DNA of 64,000 bases. It comes from Deltaproteobacteria bacterium. GTDB lineage: Bacteria; Bdellovibrionota_C; UBA2361; SZUA-149; JADZAE01. The position numbers and the translations under genes were made by a program. Below the pieces are notes generated by a model. That model saw only the letters and a list, made by a program, of their open reading frames with translations, ran no database searches and was not told the DNA's origin. The stretch lies in NCBI GenBank assembly GCA_020852715.1, contig JADZAE010000060.1:8786-72785 (forward strand), read 5' to 3'. Below are positions 42,549-52,905 of this stretch, piece after piece. The number at the start of each line of letters is the position of its first letter. Position 1 is the first letter of the stretch.

Positions 42549-44429
42549 ATGCGCGAAATTAAAGATTTAACGTTTATCAAAAGTTTACCTGAGGATATTC
42601 AATCAGTTCTTACTTCAGGGAAATCTGTTTCATTGGTTGACTCGGTGGAAGAGTTACTAAAGCTGGCTTTGCGTGATGAGCAAAGCGGCTGGCACAAGGT
42701 AAGCTATAATGTGCCCGGACAGGGAGAGGTAGTTGAGGCGGAAGTTTGCCAAGTCAAAAATGGTATTGCCGTTAACTATATCGAACCTTATATGCGGCGA
42801 CGTGATCCGGAGTGTATGCTTATTGGTGATGATCTTCCCACTGATCAAGAAAGATATGCTGTGCGCTATGGTAAACCCTTTAACGCTTTGCGTGAAGAAA
42901 CCTTTGCTTGGTTAAAAGAGCAGGATTTATTGGTTTTTGGTTTTGTTGCCGGCACTGAGCCTAAAGCTGTTCCGGCCATTGCTATTTGCCCGAGTAATGC
43001 GGCATTCTTTGCTTTGGCTTTAGCTATGCTGCAGGGAATTTTACCTTTAGATAAAGTGAGCAAAGGCTTTTCGCCATCGGCATTTGTTTATGTGGCGCCG
43101 ACATTTCGCCATTCGCATTTTAGCGGAAAACAAATTGTCGTACATAACCGCCAGCAAGATATTCATGAACTTTTTAGTTATAATTTATATCCTGGCCCAA
43201 GTGCGAAGAAAGGCGTTTATGGTATGTTGCTTCATCAAGGTGAGGCTGAGGGCTGGATCACAGCGCATTGCTCTACGGTAAGAGTGATCACACCGTATGA
43301 TAACGATACTATTATCATGCATGAAGGGGCCAGCGGCGGAGGGAAAAGTGAGATGCTGCAGTATCCGCATCGTCAAAGCGATGGTCGATTGCTGTTAGGG
43401 ACTAACTTAAGTAGCGGTGAGCAGCGCTTTTTAACCTTGCCTCGTGGTTGCGAATTGCAGCCGGTGGCCGATGATATGGCATTGTGTCTAAAGTCACAGC
43501 GTGGTGGCGAAAAAAAACTGCGCTTGTTGGATGCTGAGAACTCTTGGTTTGTCCGTGTTGATCATATTAATAAGTACGGGACTGATCCCATGCTGGAAGG
43601 GTTGACCATAGATCCACCGGCACCCTTGTTATTTCTTAATATCGATGCTGTGCCTAGTTCTCGTGCTTTAATTTGGGAGCATGTAGAAGACAAAGATGGA
43701 AAACTATGTCCTAATCCGCGGGTTATTTTGCCCCGCAGTGTTGTGCCCAATATCGTTGACGGTGATGTGGCCGTGGATGTGAGAAGCTTTGGCGTGAGAA
43801 CTCCACCTTGTACTAAAGAAAACCCTAGTTATGGAATTTTAGGGATGTTGCATATTTTGCCACCAGCGCTGGCCTGGCTATGGCGATTAGCCTCTCCGCG
43901 CGGCTACGACAATCCAAGTATAGTTGGCGATAAAGAGTCTTTACAAAGCGAAGGAGTAGGGAGCTTCTGGCCTTTTGCTACAGGTGTACGCGTGCGTTAT
44001 GCTAACCTTATGTTGGAGCAAATAATGGCGGCATCAGATACACGCTACATTTTAATTCCTAATCAGCACATCGGCGCGTGGAAAGTAGATTTTATGCCCC
44101 AATGGGTCTGCCGTGAATACTTAGCACGTCGCGGGACAAGCCGTTTTAAACCCGGGCAGATTAATCCTTGCCGCTGTCCGCTGCTCGGCTATGCTTTAGA
44201 TACGCTGAACATTGAAGGAAACATTATCGGTAAATGGTTTTTGCAGGTAGAGTCGCAGCCGGAGATTGGCATTGAAGCCTATGATAAAGGGGCCGAGATT
44301 CTAACCTCCTTTTTTGCTGAGCAACTTAATTTATTTGCTAACTCTGATTTATCTCCATTAGGAATGAAGATTGTAGAGTGCTTTAGATCCAATGGTAACG
44401 TTAAAGAATATGAGGCGCTGAGTAAGTAA
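42549..44429 (+). CDS. Hypothetical P-loop-containing protein.
   Basis: 626 aa with a Walker-A-like HEGASGGGKSEM motif at ~residue 250. No other motif recognised. Confidence 0.5.
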   Translation: MREIKDLTFIKSLPEDIQSVLTSGKSVSLVDSVEELLKLALRDEQSGWHKVSYNVPGQGEVVEAEVCQVKNGIAVNYIEPYMRRRDPECMLIGDDLPTDQERYAVRYGKPFNALREETFAWLKEQDLLVFGFVAGTEPKAVPAIAICPSNAAFFALALAMLQGILPLDKVSKGFSPSAFVYVAPTFRHSHFSGKQIVVHNRQQDIHELFSYNLYPGPSAKKGVYGMLLHQGEAEGWITAHCSTVRVITPYDNDTIIMHEGASGGGKSEMLQYPHRQSDGRLLLGTNLSSGEQRFLTLPRGCELQPVADDMALCLKSQRGGEKKLRLLDAENSWFVRVDHINKYGTDPMLEGLTIDPPAPLLFLNIDAVPSSRALIWEHVEDKDGKLCPNPRVILPRSVVPNIVDGDVAVDVRSFGVRTPPCTKENPSYGILGMLHILPPALAWLWRLASPRGYDNPSIVGDKESLQSEGVGSFWPFATGVRVRYANLMLEQIMAASDTRYILIPNQHIGAWKVDFMPQWVCREYLARRGTSRFKPGQINPCRCPLLGYALDTLNIEGNIIGKWFLQVESQPEIGIEAYDKGAEILTSFFAEQLNLFANSDLSPLGMKIVECFRSNGNVKEYEALSK

Positions 44430-44477
44430 ATTCTTTTATCTGCGCTGATAATATCCTCAATCACGCTTTTTATAAAT

Positions 44478-47400
44478 TCAGTATGCGTAGGGACGGCCTT
44501 TGGCCGTACTGTCAAAACTGACTTGACCTGAGGCTCCCAATGGTAATGGTATTACCGCGTCGGGCATTTGGTCTTGTAAGAAACTGCCATCAGCATTTTT
44601 CTTTAACGGGTCTTTATAAAAGAATAGTTGTTTATATGGCCTTTCTTGAAGGTTACTTGATGAATAACCATCATTACCAACAATCATTTGATTCAGGCTA
44701 TCGAAGGCCAATGACACAGGAGAATTTGGATTATTTACTCTGTCACTGCATTTACTCATAGCAGATTGAGTTAGGGATGCTTTATTAAACACTTTCTTGG
44801 CACCTATATTTGGAAACATTGTTGTCACTGTTTCCATTTTCTTTAAATCCTCTGCCATAAAAACAGTGATGCGATTATTGCCATGGCATTCATAGTGATT
44901 TTCGATGACGTAGAGATTCCCTTTACGGTCAAAGCGCGCAACATTAGGGTTGCAAAGCGAGCTTGCGTCAGTTGGCGAGTATGCTATCCAAGAATCTTCT
45001 TGGCGCTTGTTACATAGGTGACCGGATTTGGAAATCTGTCCCACCACTTTGTCAACTAAAACTTTGCCATTGATTAGATCGATAGTTTTGGCGCTTAATA
45101 GGCGGTTATTATACCAATCAGCAAACCAATATTTGTTGTTAATCTTGTCGAAATCGACGCTAACAATGCCAGTGTTTGTAATTGATGATGCCGAATTGTC
45201 TGCCCAGACTAAGTGAGCAGTTGTTAAGGGCAGGGCATTAGCTTGTATAGATAGCTGAAAACCGATTAACAAAAAATTTTCTCCCATTAACCAGAGGCGT
45301 TTGTTATTGTCTATTGCCCGGTGCGACAAGCCTTCTAAGAAATTATTACCAATTTTTTGTTGGCACTATACTCATTATTTAAGCCAACTATAATATCAGC
45401 AGGATTGCCTAAACCTTTATTTAGATAATCATTCCAAACCATCAGGCGCTTATTGGCATAACCGATTAACTGTGTTCCGGTAGCGAAGGCACCAACTGCA
45501 CCGTCATAGATGACGTTATTTTTAGTTTTTGGATAATGAGAATTTAATCTCCCCATAATACCCCCGATTGGATCAGGTAGGCAGTTATAGCTAGTGCCAT
45601 TAATGGTCTTCCTGCCAATCAAATAGGGCATTTTAAAAATATCAATGCGATGCCGCATTTCTCATATACTTCATAGTCAGCACCGATGGTCGTATTATTA
45701 AGTGCATCGATGGTTTTTAAAATATTTCCGTTATCATCGATTAAAATTATCCGTTGCATGACCCCATCAGTAATCCATATCCCGGCCGGAAAATTGCTAT
45801 CAATGTAGCCTGATGTGGGCGTGTTAAAAGCTAGATCATGAGTTGAAGTGTAGTAAGCCACGCAATCAGTAGAATTATAATAGCGGCAAACAGTTTATTG
45901 CTGCTTAACCGTGATTACTCTTGCTGCGGGCATGCCATTATAGAGGCCCTTGGGAGCCGCGGGGCTAAATACTAATAGCCGTTGGCGAAATGCTTCGGGA
46001 TATTCGTCTACGACATAGATGTTACCAGTAGTTTGGTGAACCTTTACAATATCTGGGGTACAAAAGCGATTAGTCGGAGCATTAATTATCGTTGGGGACA
46101 AATTAAATCCCAATCCACAATTATTGGTGACAGAATCAATTGTGGTATTGAAAGATGTTTATCCTAAAACAAGATTGGCCGTTTTGGAATTAGGCGGGAA
46201 TCTTAATACTCGGCTATTGTATGTATCAGCTACCCACATATTACCGTCTTTATCTACAGACATTCCGCGATCGGAAACATGATCAAAAGGGAAATCGTAG
46301 TTTCGGACGTCCCCACAAATAACGAAATTGGGCAGCTAGAAAAGTCGCTTCGTCCTTGATTGGGGTTATTTTGGGAGAAATCGCTTTGACCCCAGACAAA
46401 ATCAGCAACAGTATCTCCCTCGCCAATGGCCGTTTTTGTTCCGTAAGGTTTGTTGTATTTCAGCACGCGGTTATTGTGAGCATCTATCGCATAAAGATTC
46501 CCAACGCTATCCACGTCTAAGTGCATGCGCGTCCAATATTCTGCTAAGTTTGTCCTCCGTGGTAATTCTAAGTAGCAAAGCGTATTATTGGCTGCTTGCT
46601 TGCTAATGCCCTGCATATTATCCCGATTACAGCCACCGGAGGTGAAATTGGCCTGGCCAAAAACTCTATCTGCCGCCTTATCTCTGTTGGTATTACAGGC
46701 CACCAAGTTAGGGCAAATTTTTATTGGTGCAGGCAATGGTCGAGTTATTAGAGCTGGTGCCGAGGCTGGAAAATCCTAAAATGCGATTATTGCCCGAGTC
46801 GATTACATAAAGGATGTCAGACTGGGAGGGACGCTTATCTATGGCGATACCCGCCGCATGAAATGCGGTTATTGGTAACAGCTCCTATCTGAACCTCAGA
46901 CATAGAAGGCTGACCAAAATTTTTAACATCGGCAGGTTGTGGAATAAAAGTGTAGCTGCTTGAGCTTTGGGAGGACGATTGCAGGGAAGAACTGCGAGAT
47001 GAGGATATTGAGCTATAAGCGACAGAGGAAGAGGATACTTTACTACTGACTATCGAAGAGATGGCGGAGCTTTAGCTAGCTAAGCTTTGTGAGCTAAACT
47101 GGGTTTCGGAGGAAAGAGTAGAGGACTGAGAAGATACTTCGTTTCCAGCTTCGGTAACATCACCGACCAAATATCCACTAGCGGATGTTAGGGCGTAGTT
47201 TTAGCCTTTAATATTGACTTTAAAAGATTCCCTAACTTAATATTTAACCCGGCACGCAAATCATAGGGAGAATGATAGAGATAGGCATTCATTTGTCTTG
47301 TTTCATTGCCAGTGATGATATTGATTTTAAAACGTGCCGGGGCCACTAAAAATTCACTTCGGAAAAATGACTCAAAAACCTCGAATTTGCCGCTAAATGA

Positions 47401-48069
47401 AACGCTATTTAAATCTGGTATAATGAACCCGCTGAAACTTAACGGCGCATTGTTTTTATCGACTATAACTCCTGTTTTGGCACTGTTTAACTTGAATTGA
47501 GGAAATTTGCTCAATGGATATATTTTGGCTTGGAAGGAATTAATTTGTGGCAGATTTGTTTTGTAATTTAAGCTGATGGCGACAGCTGATTTATTGGCGA
47601 CGCCTAAAAACCTGTTGCCTTGGTATAAGGCGAGATGAAGTGGGCCAGCGGTACGTATAAAAATTTCACCACTATCGTTATATGATACCGACGAAGCACT
47701 CTCGATAGTCGATAGAACGCCGCGAGCGCGGATGGCGCTACCATTTGCTGCGTTTCCTTTAAATGTTAAAACAAGAACGCTGTTTAAGCCCTTGCCCTGA
47801 GCAAGAAATGTTCGTTTGGAGATGCCCGTAGCACCATTTTTAACTTTTTTAACGATGAAAGCTTTTGGGTTACTGCTCTCGGTGTTAAATCTAATAGCGG
47901 TGTTATTGTTTTTAAAATCGCTACGGCTGGCTTCGTAACTCCAGAGCTTAGGTTTTTTTGCGGTGTTGAAGGTTTGTGCATGAGCTGTTAGGCAAAGTGA
48001 AAATAACAAAAAAGCAATAACTGTAATTTTGCTCGCAGAAGAGATACTTGAATATATTTTCATAACCAT
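44478..48069 (-). pseudogene. Secreted NHL-repeat (beta-propeller) protein gene, fragmented into at least 7 frames.
   Basis: An N-terminal signal-peptide ORF (47188-48069), then a Ser-rich linker, then successive shifted frames each carrying NHL-like repeats (…AIDKRPSQSDILYVIDSGNNRILGF…, …GNLYAIDAHNNRVLKY…, …GNLYVIENHYECHGNNRITVF…). Confidence 0.55.
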
Positions 48070-48420
48070 ATTTAGCCTAAGAGGAGTTAAACTTAATGCT
48101 AACTATGCCGAATTATTTCAGTTAAAATAAGACAAATATAATGATGCTTAATGCCATAGAGCGCGAAGGGAAGAGATTTCTGCTAAGCTCTAACCAGTAA
48201 CAATTCTTCCTAACTACGGTTTGTTGTCCCTGAGAAAATGTTGTTCATCGTTAGGCTATTTTTATTAAACGACTTAGAAATCAAGCGATATTTTCAAAGC
48301 CGATGGTCACGTCCAAAGGGATCAGTTCTTTCTTGTTTAAGGCTCGGAACATAAATCCAAGGTCATCCATTTTTTAAATAAAATGGATGACTAGATGGGA
48401 TTATTTCATCAGCGAAATAA

Positions 48421-49773
48421 CTAGTTCCAATTAAAAACGGCGCCCTCTATCTTGGTAAACTGTTCGCTTAATTTTTTACTCTGCTTTTCGAGCTCAACCA
48501 ATTCCGCCTTGGCCTCTATTACCAATGTGTCTATTTGGCGTGCTATTTCCAGGAAGTCTTCCACCAGACCGGATTTGTCATAATCATTTTGCTTAACTTT
48601 TTGAGCTACCGTTCTATAGGCCAGACGATAAGGCATACCCGACTGGGCTAGGCGATTAGCTTCGTATGTAGCATAGAGCTCAGGATACATAGCGGCAGCA
48701 ACTCGCTCTTTATTAACTTCAAAACGCGACACAAGAAGAACTCCCATACTAAGCATCTCGCTTAGCTCATGCTCAGCACGAATTACCGGTTCTTTAGTAT
48801 ACTGAAAATCTCGATTGTAGCTTGATGTCAGCTTAGCTGTAATCCACGCCAGCTCATTTTCTGCCGCGCGAATTTTCCCCGCGCGTGCCCGCAATAGCTC
48901 TGCTAAATCAGAATTGCGCTTTTGGGGCATTATGCTCGATCCCGTTGTTAATTCCACAGGCAAAGAGAAGAATTTATACTCCTGCGTCGTATAAAGCATC
49001 ATATCGCAAGCAAACTTCTCCAACATGCCGGCGACCTCCACCCCAAAGGAAAGAACTTTATGCTCAAATCGACCGCGACTATTATTACAGTCAATTGGGC
49101 TGCGCTGCGTGCGGGCAAACCCCAAAAGGCGTGTCGTCATATTTCGATCCAACGGAATATTCGAACCAAAACCTGCAGATGCGCCAAGTGGATTGACATT
49201 AATAATCTCCAGCAACATTAAACCCTCTTTGAGCAGCTCTAAAGACGCCTCAATGAAAGAATGTAGCCACATTCCGACACTAGAAGGCATGGCCGGCTGC
49301 ATATGAGTATAGCCGGGCATCTGAATATCTTTAAGCTCATCGTATCTCTCCACGCAGCTATGAGCGAAATCAGCTATTTTAAGCAATAACTGCATAAGCA
49401 TATGGCGAAGGTGCAAACGCGTGGTAACTAAAATCTGATCATTTCTTGCCCGCCCCGCATGGATTCTTAAACCAGCATCTCCTACTTTATCAACCAACAT
49501 ATTCTCAATAACGTTGTGCACGTCCTCAAGTTCTATCGGGATTTCAATTTGTTTATTCTGGCCTAAGACAAAAATATTTTTCAATTCGCGTAGTAAGGCC
49601 GTAACGTCTTCTTTGGAGAGAATGCCGATGAAATGCAACATGCGTGCATGAGCCGCAGATCCGATACAGTCCCAAACCACCATCTCTCGATCAATCAAAT
49701 AATCGTTCCCCACAGTGAGTTTTTGCATTAATTTATCAATCGAATCTCCTTTTGCCCAAAGCAATGTAGACAT
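48421..49773 (-). CDS. argH: Argininosuccinate lyase.
   Basis: Fumarate-lyase signatures RNDQ, MPGYTHMQPA and GSSIMPQKRN. Start set at MSTLLWAKG. Confidence 0.85.
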   Translation of the reverse strand: MSTLLWAKGDSIDKLMQKLTVGNDYLIDREMVVWDCIGSAAHARMLHFIGILSKEDVTALLRELKNIFVLGQNKQIEIPIELEDVHNVIENMLVDKVGDAGLRIHAGRARNDQILVTTRLHLRHMLMQLLLKIADFAHSCVERYDELKDIQMPGYTHMQPAMPSSVGMWLHSFIEASLELLKEGLMLLEIINVNPLGASAGFGSNIPLDRNMTTRLLGFARTQRSPIDCNNSRGRFEHKVLSFGVEVAGMLEKFACDMMLYTTQEYKFFSLPVELTTGSSIMPQKRNSDLAELLRARAGKIRAAENELAWITAKLTSSYNRDFQYTKEPVIRAEHELSEMLSMGVLLVSRFEVNKERVAAAMYPELYATYEANRLAQSGMPYRLAYRTVAQKVKQNDYDKSGLVEDFLEIARQIDTLVIEAKAELVELEKQSKKLSEQFTKIEGAVFNWN

Positions 49774-49859
49774 AGTTTTCTCCATCTTTTTGCTAAATAT
49801 GTAGCATTCCAATAGTTAGGTTATTAACACATTTTATTATCTGATCATAGCTGGCTAAA

Positions 49860-50940
49860 GCAATACTCCTCCGCCTTTCTGGCCTCAGACTTTGTCCAGA
49901 CATCGGCAATAAAAAAAACGCCTACTGCCGGGCGAATCAGCCAACGATTCAAACTCACAAAAGCCATTGGAGCGATCAGCTCCCGCCGATCCAAACCAGC
50001 CATTACAAATGCGAGCCTCTTTCTCTGAATCTTGAGCTATGCAGTAACGCCTATGCCCATTAGGATAAATGTCTTAAATATCAGGTTGCCTACCACTTCG
50101 ATGTGCAGTGGATTGCCTCTCTCGAGGAAAGCAAGATATAGCATTATTAAAACCAAACTCCGGCAGCAAACGTAAAAATGCCGATGATAGCATAACCAAC
50201 CGCGCAGTAGATGATTCAATTTGCGCCTCCGCCTGTCTAATTAATTCCGCCGCAATTTCCCCAAGCTGACTTTTATGCTCGCTCGTTAAACGCAACGGAA
50301 AATTCTTTGCTAATTCTTCCTCGATTCAAAATTGTGGCGATTTCCATGCATAAACCATCGGAGAACAACTAAAACGTATTTTTCTCTCTTTTGCTCATTC
50401 ATGTAAAGGCAACGTATCGTCGATATTGGATTTAGAAATTGTTTGATGAATACACACCGTATAACCACTCGCCGCCAACTGTTTAGCCACTCTTAAACCA
50501 TAATAAGTTTTTAAAGCCGAAGTCCCAAGCCAAAGAGTATGGCCCAGAATGTGCTCGTTCTTTGCTGGCGAGAAAAGTGCATGGCAATGCCGGAGATGCC
50601 GGCCACGAAAAGAATATTGAGTTTTGCATCGAAGGTAGCAATAAAGACTAAAAATGTTATGCCAAAGTTGAAACCGGCCATAATGGGGAAAACCTGCTCG
50701 GCGGCAATTAATCCGGCGACTGTCATACTAGCTAGAATGGCCAAAGCGGCAGTGGCGCTTTGCCTCAAGACGCCGGACAAGATACCAAAACCTAAAGAGC
50801 GAAAGCACGATCTATCCACAGTAGAAACCATTGCGCGAAATCTTTAACTGCTAGTTTTTGTAAATGTTCACTCAGTAGTCTAAGTCCAAAAAAGAACAAA
50901 GCCAGGGCAAACAGCAAATTTGCACTGATCAGTGTCATTG
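49860..50940 (-). pseudogene. Degraded Na/Pi-cotransporter (NptA-like, with PhoU-like C-terminal domain).
   Basis: An N-terminal frame …LALFFFGLRLLSEHLQKLA…, then a second frame …ATAALAILASMTVAGLIAAEQVFPIMAGFNFGITFLVF… (the QSSSATT/GANiGTT-like region), then a third frame with a PhoU-like helix (…AELIRQAEAQIESSTARLVMLS…). The gene is broken by frameshifts. Confidence 0.5.
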
Positions 50941-51160
50941 TGCGCCTTTTAAAAATATATACCTGATTACGCGCCTATAGCATTATCCTCCGTGATTAAA
51001 AAGGGAGTCGAGTTTTATAGATTATTTCTTGGTTCAATTAATTTCGGTCTGTCGGCTAATTTATCGCGGACTGTTTGAAGTAAAAAGCGCGAAGAGTTGT
51101 GTTTATAAAGGCAAGAACGGGGGAAGCCCATGCAATAACTTCCCCCGAACGCACTGGTTT

Positions 51161-51661
51161 TTACGGGCCGGAAATATTTTCGATCAGCCACTCTACCTCC
51201 GGTTTTTTCAGCTCAGCAATTTGTTTGGTGATAGCAGCAGCTAGGTCGGAATTGGTAAGCTCAGAGTTATTGAGCATTTCCAAAAATTTATTAGCTGCGT
51301 CCAAGCTGGGATCTACTTCTTTGACCTTCATCACCATCGATAAGGCCTCTGCCGGCTGCGATGCGGCAAGGCATTTTAGTCCCTGCGCCAAATAGTAACT
51401 CGATAAACCTTTCGATATCGGCGCTATTTGCTGCACCTTATCCAGCTGCCGCCAGTAACCGGCATAGTCTCCACTTCGCAAGCAGTCATTAGCTTTGCTT
51501 TGCAGATACTCTGCGCGCATGAAATCCTGTAACAACACCACTAGGCAAACAAGGAAGAGCAGCGGGGTAAGTAAATAGCGGCCGATATTGCGCGGACTGC
51601 TGCTTAGATCAATGTTTCGTTGTGGTTTATCCTCGGTAATTAGATTGTCAAAGAGACTCAT
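51161..51661 (-). CDS. Hypothetical single-TM protein (paralog of 51960..52448).
   Basis: AGGAGG SD 7 nt upstream. One TM helix. A C-terminal …IAELKKPEVEWLIEN… motif is shared with its neighbour. Confidence 0.55.
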   Translation of the reverse strand: MSLFDNLITEDKPQRNIDLSSSPRNIGRYLLTPLLFLVCLVVLLQDFMRAEYLQSKANDCLRSGDYAGYWRQLDKVQQIAPISKGLSSYYLAQGLKCLAASQPAEALSMVMKVKEVDPSLDAANKFLEMLNNSELTNSDLAAAITKQIAELKKPEVEWLIENISGP

Positions 51662-51959
51662 AATCTAACCTCCTAAAAAATGTCTTTTGCAAGCAAAAGT
51701 TAAAACCTTTACAACTCTTCACAGCTTTACTAAATAAAGCCATGAAAGGAATGTCTTACTACCCGTGTTTAAAATGTGGCGGTAAACTAATACAGATAAG
51801 TTAAAAAGAGAAGATAGCAGCTTTCTGCCTACAATATTGCCTAGTTGGAACAAATCCGAAGTCGGAAGTGGGGATGTGATTTGTATGAAATGGGTTAAAC
51901 CTTGTTTTAAGGGGGGGGACCTTATTAAAAGCAAAGACTCCCCCCGTAACCTTTTTGTC

Positions 51960-52448
51960 TTATGGCTGCTCTGCCAGTTGCTTCTGGTCTAACAGCCACT
52001 TGGCTTCTGGGCGGTTAAGCTCGTTGACTTCTTTGAGCATAGCAGCCACCAATTCCTCATCGGACAAGTTACGCGCCACAATGTCTGACGCTATCCTTGC
52101 GCCGGTGAAATTGGGGTCAAAACCGGACGCTTCACCGAGGAAGTGAAGGCCCAAATTTCTTTTCCCCTCCTGAAATCGCTGTACACCTTTGACGATGTAG
52201 TAAAATGCCATTTCAGGCTGCTTGACGCCGTCGAAATAACTGCGATCCAGCAATGCCCAGTAGAGACTGTAGTCGGAGTTCTTCAGCGCTAATGAAGATT
52301 TCGCTATCCGATCGCTTACCGACATATTCCAGTGCGCGCCAATCAGAATCAAAACCCCTAAGACGGCCATCACAACAGATGGCCCAAAATATACCTTCAT
52401 ACTCTCGAGACGCATTTTTGTTGTTTTGACCTTTGACAGGTTGCTCAT
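51960..52448 (-). CDS. Hypothetical single-TM protein (paralog of 51161..51661).
   Basis: GGAGG SD 6 nt upstream of the ATG at 52448. One TM helix. C-terminal …VNELNRPEAKWLLDQ…. Confidence 0.55.
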   Translation of the reverse strand: MSNLSKVKTTKMRLESMKVYFGPSVVMAVLGVLILIGAHWNMSVSDRIAKSSLALKNSDYSLYWALLDRSYFDGVKQPEMAFYYIVKGVQRFQEGKRNLGLHFLGEASGFDPNFTGARIASDIVARNLSDEELVAAMLKEVNELNRPEAKWLLDQKQLAEQP

Positions 52449-52905
52449 GATAAAACCTCCTTCTTTTGTCTCCCTGAAACTCAGGGGCATAACCTTTACT
52501 CCACTTCATACAGCTCTTTTAGAAGGGCTGCATGAATGTCATATATCTTCTGCTCTGATTTTAGTAATGATTTAGGGGCACCTTAATATTACCGTCCTTT
52601 CTTGTCAAGATCTAGGGCAATTAAGAACATAACTAATACAGCGCCGAAGATATCCTTGTTTTATAGGGCACTAGCTGGCCTTTCCCACATGCACATAAAA
52701 AGTGCATGAAGAGGGTTCAAAATCTAGCTATAAATTCCACGAGCGGGGAGGTTTAGTGCGCGAATTGATAGCTATTTTTCCGAAGCTGCTTTCATTGACG
52801 GACATAGTTTAAGTGGGTAAAACGCCCGCTATTGCTGCGAGCTTTAGGGCACATGCGGCATTAAAATTTTTAATTATATCTATTAACTGTAGAACGAGGT
52901 GTTTG

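Noticed and set aside
42268-42570. 100-aa plus ORF in the divergent promoter region.
   Set aside because: AT-rich, Cys/Leu/Ile-heavy translation with no SD. It overlaps the start of the P-loop gene.
51912-51959. G7/C7 hairpin as a classical intrinsic terminator.
   Set aside because: On neither strand is the stem immediately followed by a U-tract (5-nt gap on the plus strand, none on the minus strand). It is kept only as a structural note within the paralog-pair finding.
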